DNA of 64,000 nucleotides from an uncultured Gammaproteobacteria bacterium (lineage in GTDB: Bacteria > Patescibacteriota > Microgenomatia > Levybacterales > GWA1-39-11). The notes under the pieces are model-generated. The model was not told the DNA's origin, searched no databases, and was given only the letters and a program-made list of their open reading frames with translations. The position numbers were made by a program, and so were the translations under genes. Numbering within the stretch: position 1 is the first letter of the stretch; every line of letters starts with the position of its first letter. The DNA is taken from the NCBI GenBank assembly GCA_964651815.1, contig CAZYWG010000008.1:4824-68823 (forward strand). The letters are read 5' to 3'. Below, in pieces: positions 9,161-20,234 of the stretch.

Positions 9161-9826
9161 TTATATTGTTAAGCTGCTACCGTGAAGCTTCAACCATTTT
9201 ATTTGCTCTTTATATGAAGGGTTGAATGAGCGTACTAAATTCCAAAAGGCGCGTGAATGATTTTTTTCAACTGTGTGGGCAAGTTCGTGAATTACCACGT
9301 ACCTAACAACTAGAAGTGGAGCAAGAATTAACCTGTAATTAAATTGCAAACGGTTATCATGAGTGCAGGACCCCCACTTGGATCTGGTGTCTGAAAATGC
9401 AACGCTTGTATACGACGTTTTCATTTCTTTAGAATACTCAATTAATAGGTCCTTGATAATTTCACGAGCTCTTTGAATATACCAATTGTCAATTTCTTTT
9501 TTTGCCCGAAACAAGACAGCTCTCGGAAATAAAATGTTTTTGTCTTTAATTTCAATGCGAGAATAATTTCCAACCAAAAATGTGTATCCATTTCCCAAGT
9601 AAGAAAATTTTTCTCCATCAACATATTTTTTAACTTTTGAGGCGTGCTTTTTAACTGTGCCAATTCTTTTTTCAATCCAACCACTATTTCTCTTAATAAA
9701 ATTATTAATTAAAAACTTAGGAATTAGGTTTGGAGCTCTTACTTCTATTGTCCCGTCAGGCAACAAGTGAAGCGCCATAGTTTTTCTTCTGGAGCGCGTA
9801 ATTTTAATCTGTGACAAATCTAACAC
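9161..9826 (-). CDS. YgjP/DUF45-like (SprT/M48-type) zinc metallohydrolase
   Basis: RSRRKT N-terminus, SKWGSC, YVVIHELAH and NHS..FW motifs. Confidence 0.9.
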   Translation of the reverse strand: MLDLSQIKITRSRRKTMALHLLPDGTIEVRAPNLIPKFLINNFIKRNSGWIEKRIGTVKKHASKVKKYVDGEKFSYLGNGYTFLVGNYSRIEIKDKNILFPRAVLFRAKKEIDNWYIQRAREIIKDLLIEYSKEMKTSYTSVAFSDTRSKWGSCTHDNRLQFNYRLILAPLLVVRYVVIHELAHTVEKNHSRAFWNLVRSFNPSYKEQIKWLKLHGSSLTI

Positions 9827-9966
9827 TTTGTGGATAATAATACCTTTTTAAAAAACAAATTTCCAGCCTGCAAATAAATTGCATTTTCAGCAGCACTATG
9901 CCAAGATTATTATAGAAACGCTCCTGGTTTAAATAGTTTTTATTCTGAAATTAAAATGTAATTTAT

Positions 9967-11142
9967 ATGGATGACCAATTCTCAAATAAATCGGACTTAG
10001 CAGAACCTGAAATTCCTTCAGCTGATACCCCTTCTCAGCCGTCAAATGGTCAAATTGCTCAAAGCGCAGAACATGATAAATTGCGGTACGAAGCGCTCCT
10101 TGAAAATCTAGGAGAAGGGCTTGTTGTAACAGATAAAAACGGAAAGATTGTGACTTTTAACAAAGCTGCTGTTTCAATGCTAGGGTGGACTGAAGAGGAA
10201 GCGTTAGGACGAGCCATGCACGAAATAATAAATGTAAATTATAAAAACATTGAGAATACAAATAGCGTAAATTTTGGGAGTAAAACATCTCTGCATTTTG
10301 TGCGTAAGGACGGTACTAAATTTCCCGCTGCAATTACTGTTAGCTCGTATTCTCAAGGTGCAGAAATATTAGGGACTATTACGTTATTTAGGGACATAAC
10401 AACGGAGCAAAACGTGGATGCAATTAAAAACGAATTTATTTCACTTGCTTCTCACCAATTAAGGACACCTCTTTCTGCAATCAAATGGTATACCCACCTC
10501 CTCATGAACGGCGATTTAGGACAACTCACTCCCGAGCAAAAAGAATATACCAAAAGCATCTATATGTCTACCGAGCGGATGATTGAATTAGTCAATGATC
10601 TTCTCAATATTTCAAGAGTTGAATCCGGGCGGATTATTGTAGAACCAACCAAAACAGACCTCAAAAAACTAGTTGAAGAGATTATTGAGGAAGTAAGAAT
10701 CCGTTTTGCAGAAAAAAAGCAGATCATTAATTTATCAATTCCTGATAATTTTCCGCAAGTTAATCTTGATCCGCGTCTAATAAGGCAAGTTTATATAAAT
10801 CTTCTTACAAATTCAGCAAAATATACAAAAGATGGAGGGGAAATTAGCGTTACTGTTTCCCAAAAAGATAAAAATGTGATCTCCGAAGTCAAAGACAATG
10901 GATATGGAATTCCTGAAGCTGATAAGCCACGTCTTTTTGATAAATTTTACAGGGGATCAAATGTTATAAGCAAAGTGAGTGATGGCTCGGGACTTGGATT
11001 GTATTTAATTAATGCAATTGTAGGATTGTCTGATGGAAAAATTTGGTTCGAGAGTCACGAGGGGCAAGGAACAACTTTTTGGTTTTCATTACCGATGGAA
11101 GGTACCGCGCCAAAAAAGGGCGTGGTTACTCTTGATAGCTAA
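9967..11142 (+). CDS. PAS-domain sensor histidine kinase
   Basis: PAS domain; H-box ASHQLRTPL; N box NLLTNSAKYT; DNGYGI; GSGLGL; GQGTTF. Confidence 0.95.
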   Translation: MDDQFSNKSDLAEPEIPSADTPSQPSNGQIAQSAEHDKLRYEALLENLGEGLVVTDKNGKIVTFNKAAVSMLGWTEEEALGRAMHEIINVNYKNIENTNSVNFGSKTSLHFVRKDGTKFPAAITVSSYSQGAEILGTITLFRDITTEQNVDAIKNEFISLASHQLRTPLSAIKWYTHLLMNGDLGQLTPEQKEYTKSIYMSTERMIELVNDLLNISRVESGRIIVEPTKTDLKKLVEEIIEEVRIRFAEKKQIINLSIPDNFPQVNLDPRLIRQVYINLLTNSAKYTKDGGEISVTVSQKDKNVISEVKDNGYGIPEADKPRLFDKFYRGSNVISKVSDGSGLGLYLINAIVGLSDGKIWFESHEGQGTTFWFSLPMEGTAPKKGVVTLDS

Positions 11143-11187
11143 ATTAAATTTGACATTGGGAAGCAATTTAAGTATCGTTTTATTAAT

Positions 11188-11667
11188 ATGGGAATATTTA
11201 ACGGGCTAAAAACTATTTTTAACAATAGCAATCCGGCGCAAAACAACACCTCACCCAACCAAAGCGCTCCACAGGGGCAAAGCCAGCCGAATCCTCAAGC
11301 CAAAAAGGTGTTAATTGTTGAAGATGAGACGCTTCTTGCTAATGCACTGGAGCTTAAATTCAAGAATGAAGGGTATAATGTATTGAAGGCAGAAAATGGG
11401 CAAATAGGGCTTGATACAGCCATTGCCAACAAGCCGGACTTAATCCTTCTTGACTTGTTAATGCCTGTCATGGATGGCAAAGCAATGCTTCATTCATTAC
11501 GTAAATTGCCGGAATTCAAAAACCTCCCAGTTATCATTCTTACAAACGCAGGGGACGTTGATAACATGCGCCAGACTCAGTTTTATGATCACGCTAGTTC
11601 TTTCCTAATCAAAGCAAACGTTAACCCGGAAGACGTGGTAAGAGAAGCGGAAAAATTCCTCTCCTAA
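11188..11667 (+). CDS. Single-domain response regulator (receiver)
   Basis: VLIVEDE, PDLILLDLLMP, ILTN and FLIK motifs; adjacent to the kinase. Confidence 0.93.
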   Translation: MGIFNGLKTIFNNSNPAQNNTSPNQSAPQGQSQPNPQAKKVLIVEDETLLANALELKFKNEGYNVLKAENGQIGLDTAIANKPDLILLDLLMPVMDGKAMLHSLRKLPEFKNLPVIILTNAGDVDNMRQTQFYDHASSFLIKANVNPEDVVREAEKFLS

Positions 11668-11676
11668 AATTTAGAA

Positions 11677-12768
11677 CTAATTCTTCTGCCTGAGGAATGC
11701 GGGAATATCAAAAATGGATTCACTTTCGTCATTTTGTGGAGTTGAAGCAGGAGTACCATAAGATTGTGGTTGCTCTGCTGTGTCATTTTCAACCATTTGT
11801 TGAAGTTTCTTTCTTGACTCGTCAAATCCAGTTGCAATAACCGTTATTCTAATTTGGTCATGCAAATTTTCATCAATTGTTGCTCCAAAAATAATATTTG
11901 CGTCCGGGTCCGCAGCCGCTGAAATTATCTTTGATGCCTCATTTACTTCTGACATTGAAAGATCTGTTCCGCCAATTATATTGAAAAGGACGCCGCGTGC
12001 GCCTTCCATAGATACTTCAAGAAGAGGTGAAGATGTAGCCTGGCGCGCCGCAAGCTGAGCTCTGTTTTCACCAACTCCAATTCCTATTCCCATGAGTGCC
12101 GAACCGGCGCTTGTCATAATTGTTTTAACATCTGCAAAATCAACGTTGATAAGTCCCGGGATTGTAATAAGGTCTGAAATTCCCTGGACTCCGTGATTGA
12201 GGACAGAGTCGGCAACCCTGAATGCTTCAAGGAGAGAAAGTTTTTTATCAATAACTTCTAGAATTCTCTGGTTAGGAATAACAATTAATGTGTCCACTCG
12301 CTCTTTGAGCATTTCAATTCCCTCTTCTGCTGAGACCATTCGGCGGGTGCCTTCAAACTGGAATGGCTTTGTGACAACAGCAACAGTGAGCGCTCCCACT
12401 TCTTTTGCAACTTCTGCAATTATTGATGTTGCGCCAGTCCCTGTACCGCCACCCATACCAGCAGTCAAAAAAACCATATCAGTCCCTTCAAGCATTTCTT
12501 TAATTTTTTCGCGCGATTCTTCTGCTGCTTTAGTCCCAACCTCAGGATTTCCTCCGGAACCAAGACCACGTGTGAGATTTTCTCCAATTTGTACTTTTAC
12601 ATTGGCCTGATTAATAAGCAGGGCCTGTGCGTCAGTATTTATTGCCATAAATTCAACGCCCTGGATCTGGCCGTCTGTTATCATGGAATTAATTGCGTTG
12701 CCGCCGCCTCCACCAATACCAATAACACGAATCTTAGCGAAAGATGTTGTTTGAGGTTTTATAAGCAT
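11677..12768 (-). CDS. ftsZ: Cell division protein FtsZ
   Basis: [22 protein letters not shown] and C-terminal DIPAFLR. Confidence 0.99.
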   Translation of the reverse strand: MLIKPQTTSFAKIRVIGIGGGGGNAINSMITDGQIQGVEFMAINTDAQALLINQANVKVQIGENLTRGLGSGGNPEVGTKAAEESREKIKEMLEGTDMVFLTAGMGGGTGTGATSIIAEVAKEVGALTVAVVTKPFQFEGTRRMVSAEEGIEMLKERVDTLIVIPNQRILEVIDKKLSLLEAFRVADSVLNHGVQGISDLITIPGLINVDFADVKTIMTSAGSALMGIGIGVGENRAQLAARQATSSPLLEVSMEGARGVLFNIIGGTDLSMSEVNEASKIISAAADPDANIIFGATIDENLHDQIRITVIATGFDESRKKLQQMVENDTAEQPQSYGTPASTPQNDESESIFDIPAFLRQKN

Positions 12769-12941
12769 TTTGTATGATATTAATGCGTTATTTTAAAACG
12801 TAGCCAATGCTATCACAAAATAAAAATCAATGCAAGACTCTTAGAATTCTGGAGAATTAAATCTAAAATTTACGGAGAAGCTTGCATGATATCTGTGACG
12901 GGGAATTTTTAGAAATAATTGTCATATGAACTTAAATAGAT

Positions 12942-15746
12942 TTATAAATCTATCCAACCGCCATTGTCTGCTCGGCCCTGAAAATAATCATATTGAGCTA
13001 TGTTAAGTTCTGCTCTTATTTTATCTTTGTAACGTGAAAGATTACCACCTGCCAATTCATTTTGTTTGTATATATAATCATCCCAAACTTTTTTATCCGC
13101 ATCTGTCCATTCTACTCCTGCCTCGTGTTCCTTGATCATCTTATTAAGTCCGTGCACAAAATAACTATACACATCTTTAGAAGTTATTCTTATTTTCTTC
13201 CCTGCAGCAGTAGATAGAATGTTTTCTTCCGGCATACTATCTACTACTTCTCTTAACAATCTATCGAGCCACAATCTACTGTGTCTATTTAAACCCTCAA
13301 CAACTGCTCGAAATACAGCAATATCTGGTGGTGTTTTTTGAGATTCTGTGCCTTGGTTTGTTTCAGCAGCTAGAGCGGCTGCTGGCTGTGCCATGCTTGA
13401 ACCAGGAGCTAGTGCATCAGGAGCTGCGTTTGCGTTAATTGCTTCCTGGCTGTGTTTTGCAACATCAACCAAATTGTCCATCAAAACTCCAAACACTCTA
13501 CTATCAATTGGGATTAAGTCTTTTGAAATATGCGGAGGTAATTCAACCTCGGAATTTTTTGGCAAACCATATATAATCCCCAGATCAGGATTGACGATCA
13601 AAGGCAAAAGCGGAATCTCGCTTCTTAACTCAGAAAGAATTCGCGAATGAAAAAGAGGATCTGACCCCACACTTCTCATAAAATCCACAACAAAATTTTC
13701 ATATTTATATTTTTCCATTTGCCTTTCATTTTTGTCGGAATCAGCCCTATTTCTAGACCACATCTTATAATCAATTATTGCGTCTATAGAAAGTTCACTA
13801 TCAGTTATTCTAATTATTAAGCCGTCTGGGTAACTTATTCCACGTATTGCCTGATTAATTATGTGTTGGTCATCACTTGCTGTATCCGCATCCCTATACA
13901 TACTAGAATATAAAGTGTGAACGTCTGAAGGCGATAAAACAACTAAATCTTTGCGCAAAGCATACTTATCCGTCTCGTACCAATAACCTAAATGCTCAAA
14001 GATTACACCCGAAAGACTTTGCATGAATTCTTTTACATCTGATTGGCTTTCTGGCATTTTATCCCTGATAGCTGTAATAACACCAGCAGAATATTCACTT
14101 CTTACAAACTTTTCAACAAGTTGTCTCGTGTCTTCGGATGCGTATTGTAAAAAGGCGGACATCTCAGGGCGGGATAAAACCCAATCGGAACCTCCTGTTC
14201 CAATCTCTGACGTCACATCTTCTTCAACAATTGTCTGAACCAAACCCTTAACTTCTTCCTCGCCGGACATCTGTGGTTCTTGACCTGTTGCTGTAGCCAC
14301 GGCATTTCGTACCCATTTATCAACATCTTCTCTGAAAAGTCTTGCTGCTTCTTTTGCATCCTGAATTTCAGGATATCTTGCTTTTACTTCATTCCAAACG
14401 CCTATTTCTTCCGGAGTTGCAAGCCCACTTACGGATCTAAACAAAAGCTTATTGATACTATGACGCATGGAGCTTAAAGTTTGAGGCCATGTCAGAGTTC
14501 TTCCATTTTTTGCAGGACCAAGTATTTTTATTATATCTGCAAGCGCTGCCTCTCCACTTAAATATGCTGATAATGCCTGAAGTCTCGATGCAGGCACTGT
14601 TGGTACTTTTTCAAGGTATGTTTGTCCTCTTGAAACCGGTCTATAAAATTCTTCGCCTTCTTCATCCGAATCCTCACTTAAACCATCTTGGCCAGATAAA
14701 TCTGCTGGTAAATCTGCATCCTCAGACTGCACAACGCGCTCAAGATAATACTGTCCAGATTTATGAGATCCAGGGGGGTTCAAATTACTAATATTTATTC
14801 CGTTCGTTTTAAGTCTTGCTCTTAATTTACTTACTAAAACACTTAGCCTTTTAACAGCTTCAGGAGTACGCGCACCATTGTAGGCTACGTCAAGTAAATC
14901 TACGCTTGTAGCGGGAGTGTCTTTTGTTGCAAACATAAGTTCTTCAAGAACCTTTTTTTCTTTTCCTGACAAAGAGCCCACATCAAAAGGAGATAAATCA
15001 AATAATCCCTCAAATTCAACATTTGCATTAAGTTTATAAATAGCATGGAGATGAGATCCTTCTGTTTTTATAATCTCATCTTGAGGAAAAACAGTAGACA
15101 AAGCTCTCCTCAATGGAGTAACTGTGTCTGCTGGATAATAACCCGGTTTAAACTTTTGAATTTGCTCGGCAGACATAGAGCCCTTTCTTGCCAATTTTAT
15201 AAGAACATCCCAGAACTTTGCGTGACTTCTTACTTGTCTTTTTTGCTCATCACTACCAAATGTTCTATCTTGGATGTTAATTTTTATGGTTGGCAAAACC
15301 TGATCAATTTCGGCTGAACTTAAACCTGAGGTTTCCGGTTTTAAACCTGTCGCAGGTTGCCTTGTGGCAGCGCTTTCAGCGTCAGATGATCCAAACAGCT
15401 CTTTAAATGTTCTTTCTGCAGCCTCACGAATATCAACAGGGATATCGGGGTTAAGTCTTATGCTCTCAATTGACTTACGGGCCTCCTCAGACTCTAGGTT
15501 TGCGATTCTTCTTGTAATTGTTGGAACTGCATTAGTTAGAAGTCTATTTTTAACTTCTTGTACGTCAGCACCGAATTTAGCAGTTTCGGAAAGTTGCTGA
15601 AGTCCGGATATTTTAGTCAGGCGCTCAACTCTTCTTGGAAGCAATTCCTTGGAAGGCAATGCAGCCAGATGTTGAGTACGGTTTAAATCCGATTTATACA
15701 AATCGCGTCTCCCCTGAAAACTTGTAATATCTCTTCTTTCAGCCAT
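12942..15746 (-). CDS. Large orphan protein with two OmpR-like winged-HTH regions and a putative PD-(D/E)xK nuclease-like domain
   Basis: wHTH-like segments (KEKKVLEEL...LSVLVSKLRARL...GQYYL; FWDVLIKL...VTPLRRAL...IYKL) and FE...YPDGLII...IIDYK. Own TTGACA...TATAAT promoter. Confidence 0.7.
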   Translation of the reverse strand: MAERRDITSFQGRRDLYKSDLNRTQHLAALPSKELLPRRVERLTKISGLQQLSETAKFGADVQEVKNRLLTNAVPTITRRIANLESEEARKSIESIRLNPDIPVDIREAAERTFKELFGSSDAESAATRQPATGLKPETSGLSSAEIDQVLPTIKINIQDRTFGSDEQKRQVRSHAKFWDVLIKLARKGSMSAEQIQKFKPGYYPADTVTPLRRALSTVFPQDEIIKTEGSHLHAIYKLNANVEFEGLFDLSPFDVGSLSGKEKKVLEELMFATKDTPATSVDLLDVAYNGARTPEAVKRLSVLVSKLRARLKTNGINISNLNPPGSHKSGQYYLERVVQSEDADLPADLSGQDGLSEDSDEEGEEFYRPVSRGQTYLEKVPTVPASRLQALSAYLSGEAALADIIKILGPAKNGRTLTWPQTLSSMRHSINKLLFRSVSGLATPEEIGVWNEVKARYPEIQDAKEAARLFREDVDKWVRNAVATATGQEPQMSGEEEVKGLVQTIVEEDVTSEIGTGGSDWVLSRPEMSAFLQYASEDTRQLVEKFVRSEYSAGVITAIRDKMPESQSDVKEFMQSLSGVIFEHLGYWYETDKYALRKDLVVLSPSDVHTLYSSMYRDADTASDDQHIINQAIRGISYPDGLIIRITDSELSIDAIIDYKMWSRNRADSDKNERQMEKYKYENFVVDFMRSVGSDPLFHSRILSELRSEIPLLPLIVNPDLGIIYGLPKNSEVELPPHISKDLIPIDSRVFGVLMDNLVDVAKHSQEAINANAAPDALAPGSSMAQPAAALAAETNQGTESQKTPPDIAVFRAVVEGLNRHSRLWLDRLLREVVDSMPEENILSTAAGKKIRITSKDVYSYFVHGLNKMIKEHEAGVEWTDADKKVWDDYIYKQNELAGGNLSRYKDKIRAELNIAQYDYFQGRADNGGWIDL

Positions 15747-15944
15747 ATTAATTTTGTGCCCAAATTATACTATAGGTTTTATTATTTGTCAATCAATTTG
15801 GTTTTAACATTATTTTTTGAAAATCACTGTAAGATTTTATACAAACTCTGTTTATTTTAAGTCTGGGGTGAAAAAGATAATTGACAAAAAGTTAACAAGA
15901 ACCTTTCAATTTTATTCCGTAGTTTTTTACTTCTGAAGAAGGTT

Positions 15945-16379
15945 CTATCGCCAGAGGGAGAATTTCTTTGTGAGTGAGGAGAGTTTTTCTTTTTCCCCAA
16001 AAAATACTATTCCGTAGTATTCGAGCTGTGCTTCAGGCGTTTGCGAGGTGCGCTCTTTTTGTTCTGCAAATGTGCCAACTGTCATAGTATCAATAAAGTC
16101 GACAAAAGGAATGTTATTCGCGATCAAATCATTTCTAAGAGTCCTAATTTTATTTGAATTATCTGCAGCCAAGACAATAAACGGATTGTCGGAAATGTTT
16201 TTATGTACGCCACCGTCCAAGTCAACATAACCATCAAGCCTTAAAATTTCTTTATCCGGATATGCAGCGCCAAAACCTGCCGCCATGTGCCCTAAAGCAT
16301 TCATCAGTTTCCCCGTTTCGATTTTTTTATTAAGAACTGCAACAAATTTGTGGGTTGTGGGTATTTCAGTCATAGACAA
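15945..16379 (-). CDS. DUF2000 family (PTH2-like fold) protein
   Basis: KFVAVL...GKLMNALGHM...PFIVL...YYGIVFFG...LTKKFSLWR pattern. Confidence 0.8.
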   Translation of the reverse strand: MSMTEIPTTHKFVAVLNKKIETGKLMNALGHMAAGFGAAYPDKEILRLDGYVDLDGGVHKNISDNPFIVLAADNSNKIRTLRNDLIANNIPFVDFIDTMTVGTFAEQKERTSQTPEAQLEYYGIVFFGEKEKLSSLTKKFSLWR

Positions 16380-17186
16380 CTATATCATCTCATTCTCGAT
16401 GAGCTCCTCAATAAACTTTGCAACTCCATCCGCTTTGTATGACGGGATTATTTTGTCTGCAATTGCTTTAAGGCTTTCGTTTGCATCTTCAGTTGCTACC
16501 TTGTATCCACAGGCCTCGAGAAGCGGGAAATCATTATATCCATCGCCTATTCCAATTACTTCATCCCTACTTAAATTAAGAAGTTTCAAAACGTGTAAGA
16601 CAGCTTGCTGCTTGTTTGCCATTGCAGCCGTTATATCAAAAGCTCGTCCTGCAGGACTAAAAGCTTTTATTGCATGCAAAGAAGGAAACTCGATAAGTAA
16701 TTTTTGGTAAATATTTTCGAATTTATTCTCATCAGTAACAAAAATTCCAATTTTTGGGACATCGTGCGGTTGTAGGGTTTTAAGGTCTCTAAAAGGTACG
16801 TCACCGAATGCGCGTCTTGGTTTTCCTTCAAGCGTATAGACATCAAGCTCCTTTTCAACCCAATAATCAAGGTTATTTTCATTTACAAAATTTATGAGTC
16901 TCAAAAGATCAGTATCCGGAATGTTTTCTTTGATAATTATTTCGCCGGTCACAGAATCTATAATCTCTGCCCCACCCCTTACAATTTGGGGAGACACAAG
17001 ATTCATCTCATGGCAAGCATCTTCAACTGGACCATTAAATGCTCTGCCTGAAGCAATAACAAATTTCACACTTTTCTCTTTTAATGATCTTATTGCGTTT
17101 TTGACATTTTCAGAGATTTTTAAATCTGCGCCTACAAGCGTCCCATCAAAATCACATACTATCGCTTCGTATTTTATTGTCATCAA
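16380..17186 (-). CDS. HAD-IIB (Cof-like) hydrolase
   Basis: DFDGTL, ASGR, NK and GDGYND motifs. Confidence 0.93.
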   Translation of the reverse strand: MMTIKYEAIVCDFDGTLVGADLKISENVKNAIRSLKEKSVKFVIASGRAFNGPVEDACHEMNLVSPQIVRGGAEIIDSVTGEIIIKENIPDTDLLRLINFVNENNLDYWVEKELDVYTLEGKPRRAFGDVPFRDLKTLQPHDVPKIGIFVTDENKFENIYQKLLIEFPSLHAIKAFSPAGRAFDITAAMANKQQAVLHVLKLLNLSRDEVIGIGDGYNDFPLLEACGYKVATEDANESLKAIADKIIPSYKADGVAKFIEELIENEMI

Positions 17187-17213
17187 CTAATTATATCAGC
17201 GAAACGGATCATT

Positions 17214-17768
17214 TTAAAAATCAGGGGTTTGTTTTGGGGTAACTTTAACAATACCTGGATACTTGTTAGTTCTAAATTTGGAATAAACTTCCGCAAGAGC
17301 CCTATTTCCCGGCCAACTCGCGGTCTTTCGACTCAACCCTACGGACTCTGATGCATCGCCCCTGGATTTAGCTTCCCCACTCACGAGCCCATATCTCTCA
17401 ATTGCTATTGCAAGATAAAGCGGTTTAGAATTTCTGCCCATGGTAGAAAACATTTCGTGTAAAAAAGTACCAACTCTTAAAATATCTTCTGCAGTATCTA
17501 GATGAAATTCAAAATTATAATCTCTTTCTCCACCAAAAGCATCGGTGAAAAAATTTTTAAAACCTTCTCTCACCTTGTCTATGCGCTCGGGGACAAACGG
17601 TACAAGTATCTGATCAGCCATTCTCTGGAATATAGCGCTCTTTGCAGCCTTCTCTGCTGCAATTTTTGCTCCATCATATGTGACAGTAGCACCATCAAAA
17701 GAGGCAACGTGCGCTCTCCAAGCTTCTTCTCTTCCATCTTCAACTTTTATCTCAAACCTTGACGGCAT
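17214..17768 (-). CDS. Hypothetical protein with a C-terminal sigma70 region-4-like HTH
   Basis: AIAIERYGLVSGEAKSRGDASESVGLSRKT resembles R(F/Y)GL.dg...t..e.g...g.s; TTGACA...TATAAT promoter. Confidence 0.6.
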   Translation of the reverse strand: MPSRFEIKVEDGREEAWRAHVASFDGATVTYDGAKIAAEKAAKSAIFQRMADQILVPFVPERIDKVREGFKNFFTDAFGGERDYNFEFHLDTAEDILRVGTFLHEMFSTMGRNSKPLYLAIAIERYGLVSGEAKSRGDASESVGLSRKTASWPGNRALAEVYSKFRTNKYPGIVKVTPKQTPDF

Positions 17769-17837
17769 ATTTGGAATTATACGTATTTTGAGGCTCTTGT
17801 CAACTTAATTTGGGGAAAGGTTTTGAGGAGTTTTATA

Positions 17838-20183
17838 TTATGCGGCGACAGGCTGAGTAAACCATGTAGAAAGATGCGTGCTCAATGCAATAGGAGCCGC
17901 CCTAAACTGTTTTTCGAAAACTACTGGAAGCAAATCTTCTTCTCCTTTTTTTAACTTTGGTCTATAGGAAACTCTTCTCCATGTATCTAAATATTTTCCG
18001 TCAGGCGTTTTTTCAAGAGCAAACTCCTCAGGAAGACTATCAAGCTTTGAGCCTGAAGGCTTTGTTACGTACGAAAGAGCTTCTGCAGCTTGTCCCTCTA
18101 ATATTTTTATTTTAATTTCAGAATCATTGTTTTGACGAGCCGCGGCCAACTCATCTCTGTAATGACGGTAAACCTGGGCATAAGCAAGGGGAACAACTTT
18201 TTGTGGAATTTGCTTTGGCATCCCCTCACGCTTGCCCGCTTCTTCAATAACCTGGTCGCTTGTTAGTGTTTTCTGGTGGTATTCCGTTAACAATGAAATA
18301 TAGGTTACTTCACTTCTTGGAAGAAGCATTGCCGGTACTATTTTCCCTTCTGTTGCAATATTTTGTTGTTTTTTTCTTTCAATTTCCGTCATCACATCTT
18401 TTTCCTGACGTGGGGTTATTTTTTTTGATGCAATAGTCACGAGTTCCTGAAAAGAACCAACCGCAATATGCTCAAGAAAGGCCTGCACCTCAGGCTTATC
18501 ACTGAGATCAACGGTCAAGCCTGTAAGGTGACCATTTTTATCAAGTTTTCCAAATACTAAACCTTCTTTATCTTTAAACCTGAATTGAAGTCCTACTTCC
18601 GGCGGCTGATATCCGCGGGTAGAAAATGAAATATCTTTAAATCCAAGAACTGCCGCAGGGTGCTTATCAACAAACTGAAGAACATCAAGCTCCCGTTCCG
18701 ATGGCCATAACTTTGCTTGCCTTTTTGTAATAAAAGACGGCCACATTTGTTCACGTGTAATTTGCTGCAATTCCTGCCAATGAACAGAAAGATTATCCAT
18801 AAAAAACCCAAGCGGACGATCAGGACTAAACATTTCTTTCATAGACAGGATAGACATATTTGCTCTGGACCTTTCATTAAGGTGTCTTGCTAGAAGGTCA
18901 ACAGCAGTGCTATTAACACGGGACGTAAGAATTGCCGCCGCCAAGCCTACATTAGTTGGTGCAAAATCATGGTAAATTTGACCAGAATTGAGATTATCAA
19001 TATAGCTTTGATAATCAACTGTTAAATTTTGGTAAAGGTCAAAACTTTCTGTCCCTTGGCTTGCTTGAAGCACGAGCCTCTCAAGCTCTTCAATAACCTC
19101 CGGATCAGCTTCAGGCCCTATAACAAATTTCATTAATTCCCCCTGAATTGCACCAAACCATTGTGCTTTAGCTGTTTCGGTCTCTATATTATCCGGCCCT
19201 TGGAGTATGGATGTTAAATAGTGGTCCAGTCTGTGTTTAACCACAGGGTTTTGAGAAGCATAACCTTCATTAATAAAATGAAGCGTTTTTGAAAGTTGCT
19301 CTGGAGTTGTCTGCGAGATTAAGCGAACCATTACACTTTTAGCAATCTGTAAAGGTTCCCTATGATAATGGAAAAGTGCTTTTGCCACAAGATTGAATTC
19401 AGATTGAGTCAAGCTTGAAATATCGGCCTGATTAATCTCACGTAGTCTTGAAAACTCTTGACTATTCAATTCAGGAGGTATTAAAAAAGAAAACCGCACA
19501 TCTTTTTTAGGACCCCCACTCTGGGATGTGTGTTTAAAACCTTCTTTTAAGTTGCGCAGACCAAAAGGCAGAGATTTTATTTCCGCTTGTGGAAGTTCAT
19601 CAAGCTCAGACAAAGTCTTATCCACAAGGACGAATTTAGAATATGTTGCTTCAGATCTTAAATCAAATTTGAGAGCTTTCCCTTCTTCCGATAATGCATT
19701 TGAAAATTCTACCAGAAAGTCTTTTGTAGCCTCTCTTGATTCTCTAGTTAACGGTAAACTCTCTGGAACTGGCTTACTGAATTTTCCTTGCTTTCTATTA
19801 ACTACAAAATTTTTGACAGATAAATGTACAAGATCCAAAAAATCATCAGAGTTGTCACCCTTTACAACGTTTCTTATCAATAGATTACGGGCTCTTCTAT
19901 CTTTTTTAGGAGATGTTATTGCGGCGACGTACGCTTGCTGAATCTCGGGATTAATATCGAGGCTCGATTGTTCCTTTTTGACTTGAATCCCCGGTTCCTG
20001 CATGGGCATAATAGGTTTGAATCCCTCCGGAACAAAATTTATAGGGTTAAATGTAGTAATCCCAAACTGCTCTCTTAAGACGCGGGGAATGTCCCCCTCT
20101 GAGTCTATTTCGACTATTGGAAGTTTTCCCGGTCCTAAAGGGTCAAAGCCCGAACCATTTGGTTTTGGTCTGTCTGGTGTCAT
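17838..20183 (-). CDS. Large hypothetical protein, 781 aa
   Basis: Long ORF; no family recognised. Confidence 0.85.
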   Translation of the reverse strand: MTPDRPKPNGSGFDPLGPGKLPIVEIDSEGDIPRVLREQFGITTFNPINFVPEGFKPIMPMQEPGIQVKKEQSSLDINPEIQQAYVAAITSPKKDRRARNLLIRNVVKGDNSDDFLDLVHLSVKNFVVNRKQGKFSKPVPESLPLTRESREATKDFLVEFSNALSEEGKALKFDLRSEATYSKFVLVDKTLSELDELPQAEIKSLPFGLRNLKEGFKHTSQSGGPKKDVRFSFLIPPELNSQEFSRLREINQADISSLTQSEFNLVAKALFHYHREPLQIAKSVMVRLISQTTPEQLSKTLHFINEGYASQNPVVKHRLDHYLTSILQGPDNIETETAKAQWFGAIQGELMKFVIGPEADPEVIEELERLVLQASQGTESFDLYQNLTVDYQSYIDNLNSGQIYHDFAPTNVGLAAAILTSRVNSTAVDLLARHLNERSRANMSILSMKEMFSPDRPLGFFMDNLSVHWQELQQITREQMWPSFITKRQAKLWPSERELDVLQFVDKHPAAVLGFKDISFSTRGYQPPEVGLQFRFKDKEGLVFGKLDKNGHLTGLTVDLSDKPEVQAFLEHIAVGSFQELVTIASKKITPRQEKDVMTEIERKKQQNIATEGKIVPAMLLPRSEVTYISLLTEYHQKTLTSDQVIEEAGKREGMPKQIPQKVVPLAYAQVYRHYRDELAAARQNNDSEIKIKILEGQAAEALSYVTKPSGSKLDSLPEEFALEKTPDGKYLDTWRRVSYRPKLKKGEEDLLPVVFEKQFRAAPIALSTHLSTWFTQPVAA

Positions 20184-20234
20184 ATCCTATAAGAATTCTA
20201 CCAGATTTATTGAATAATTTCAAGCAAGAACAGA

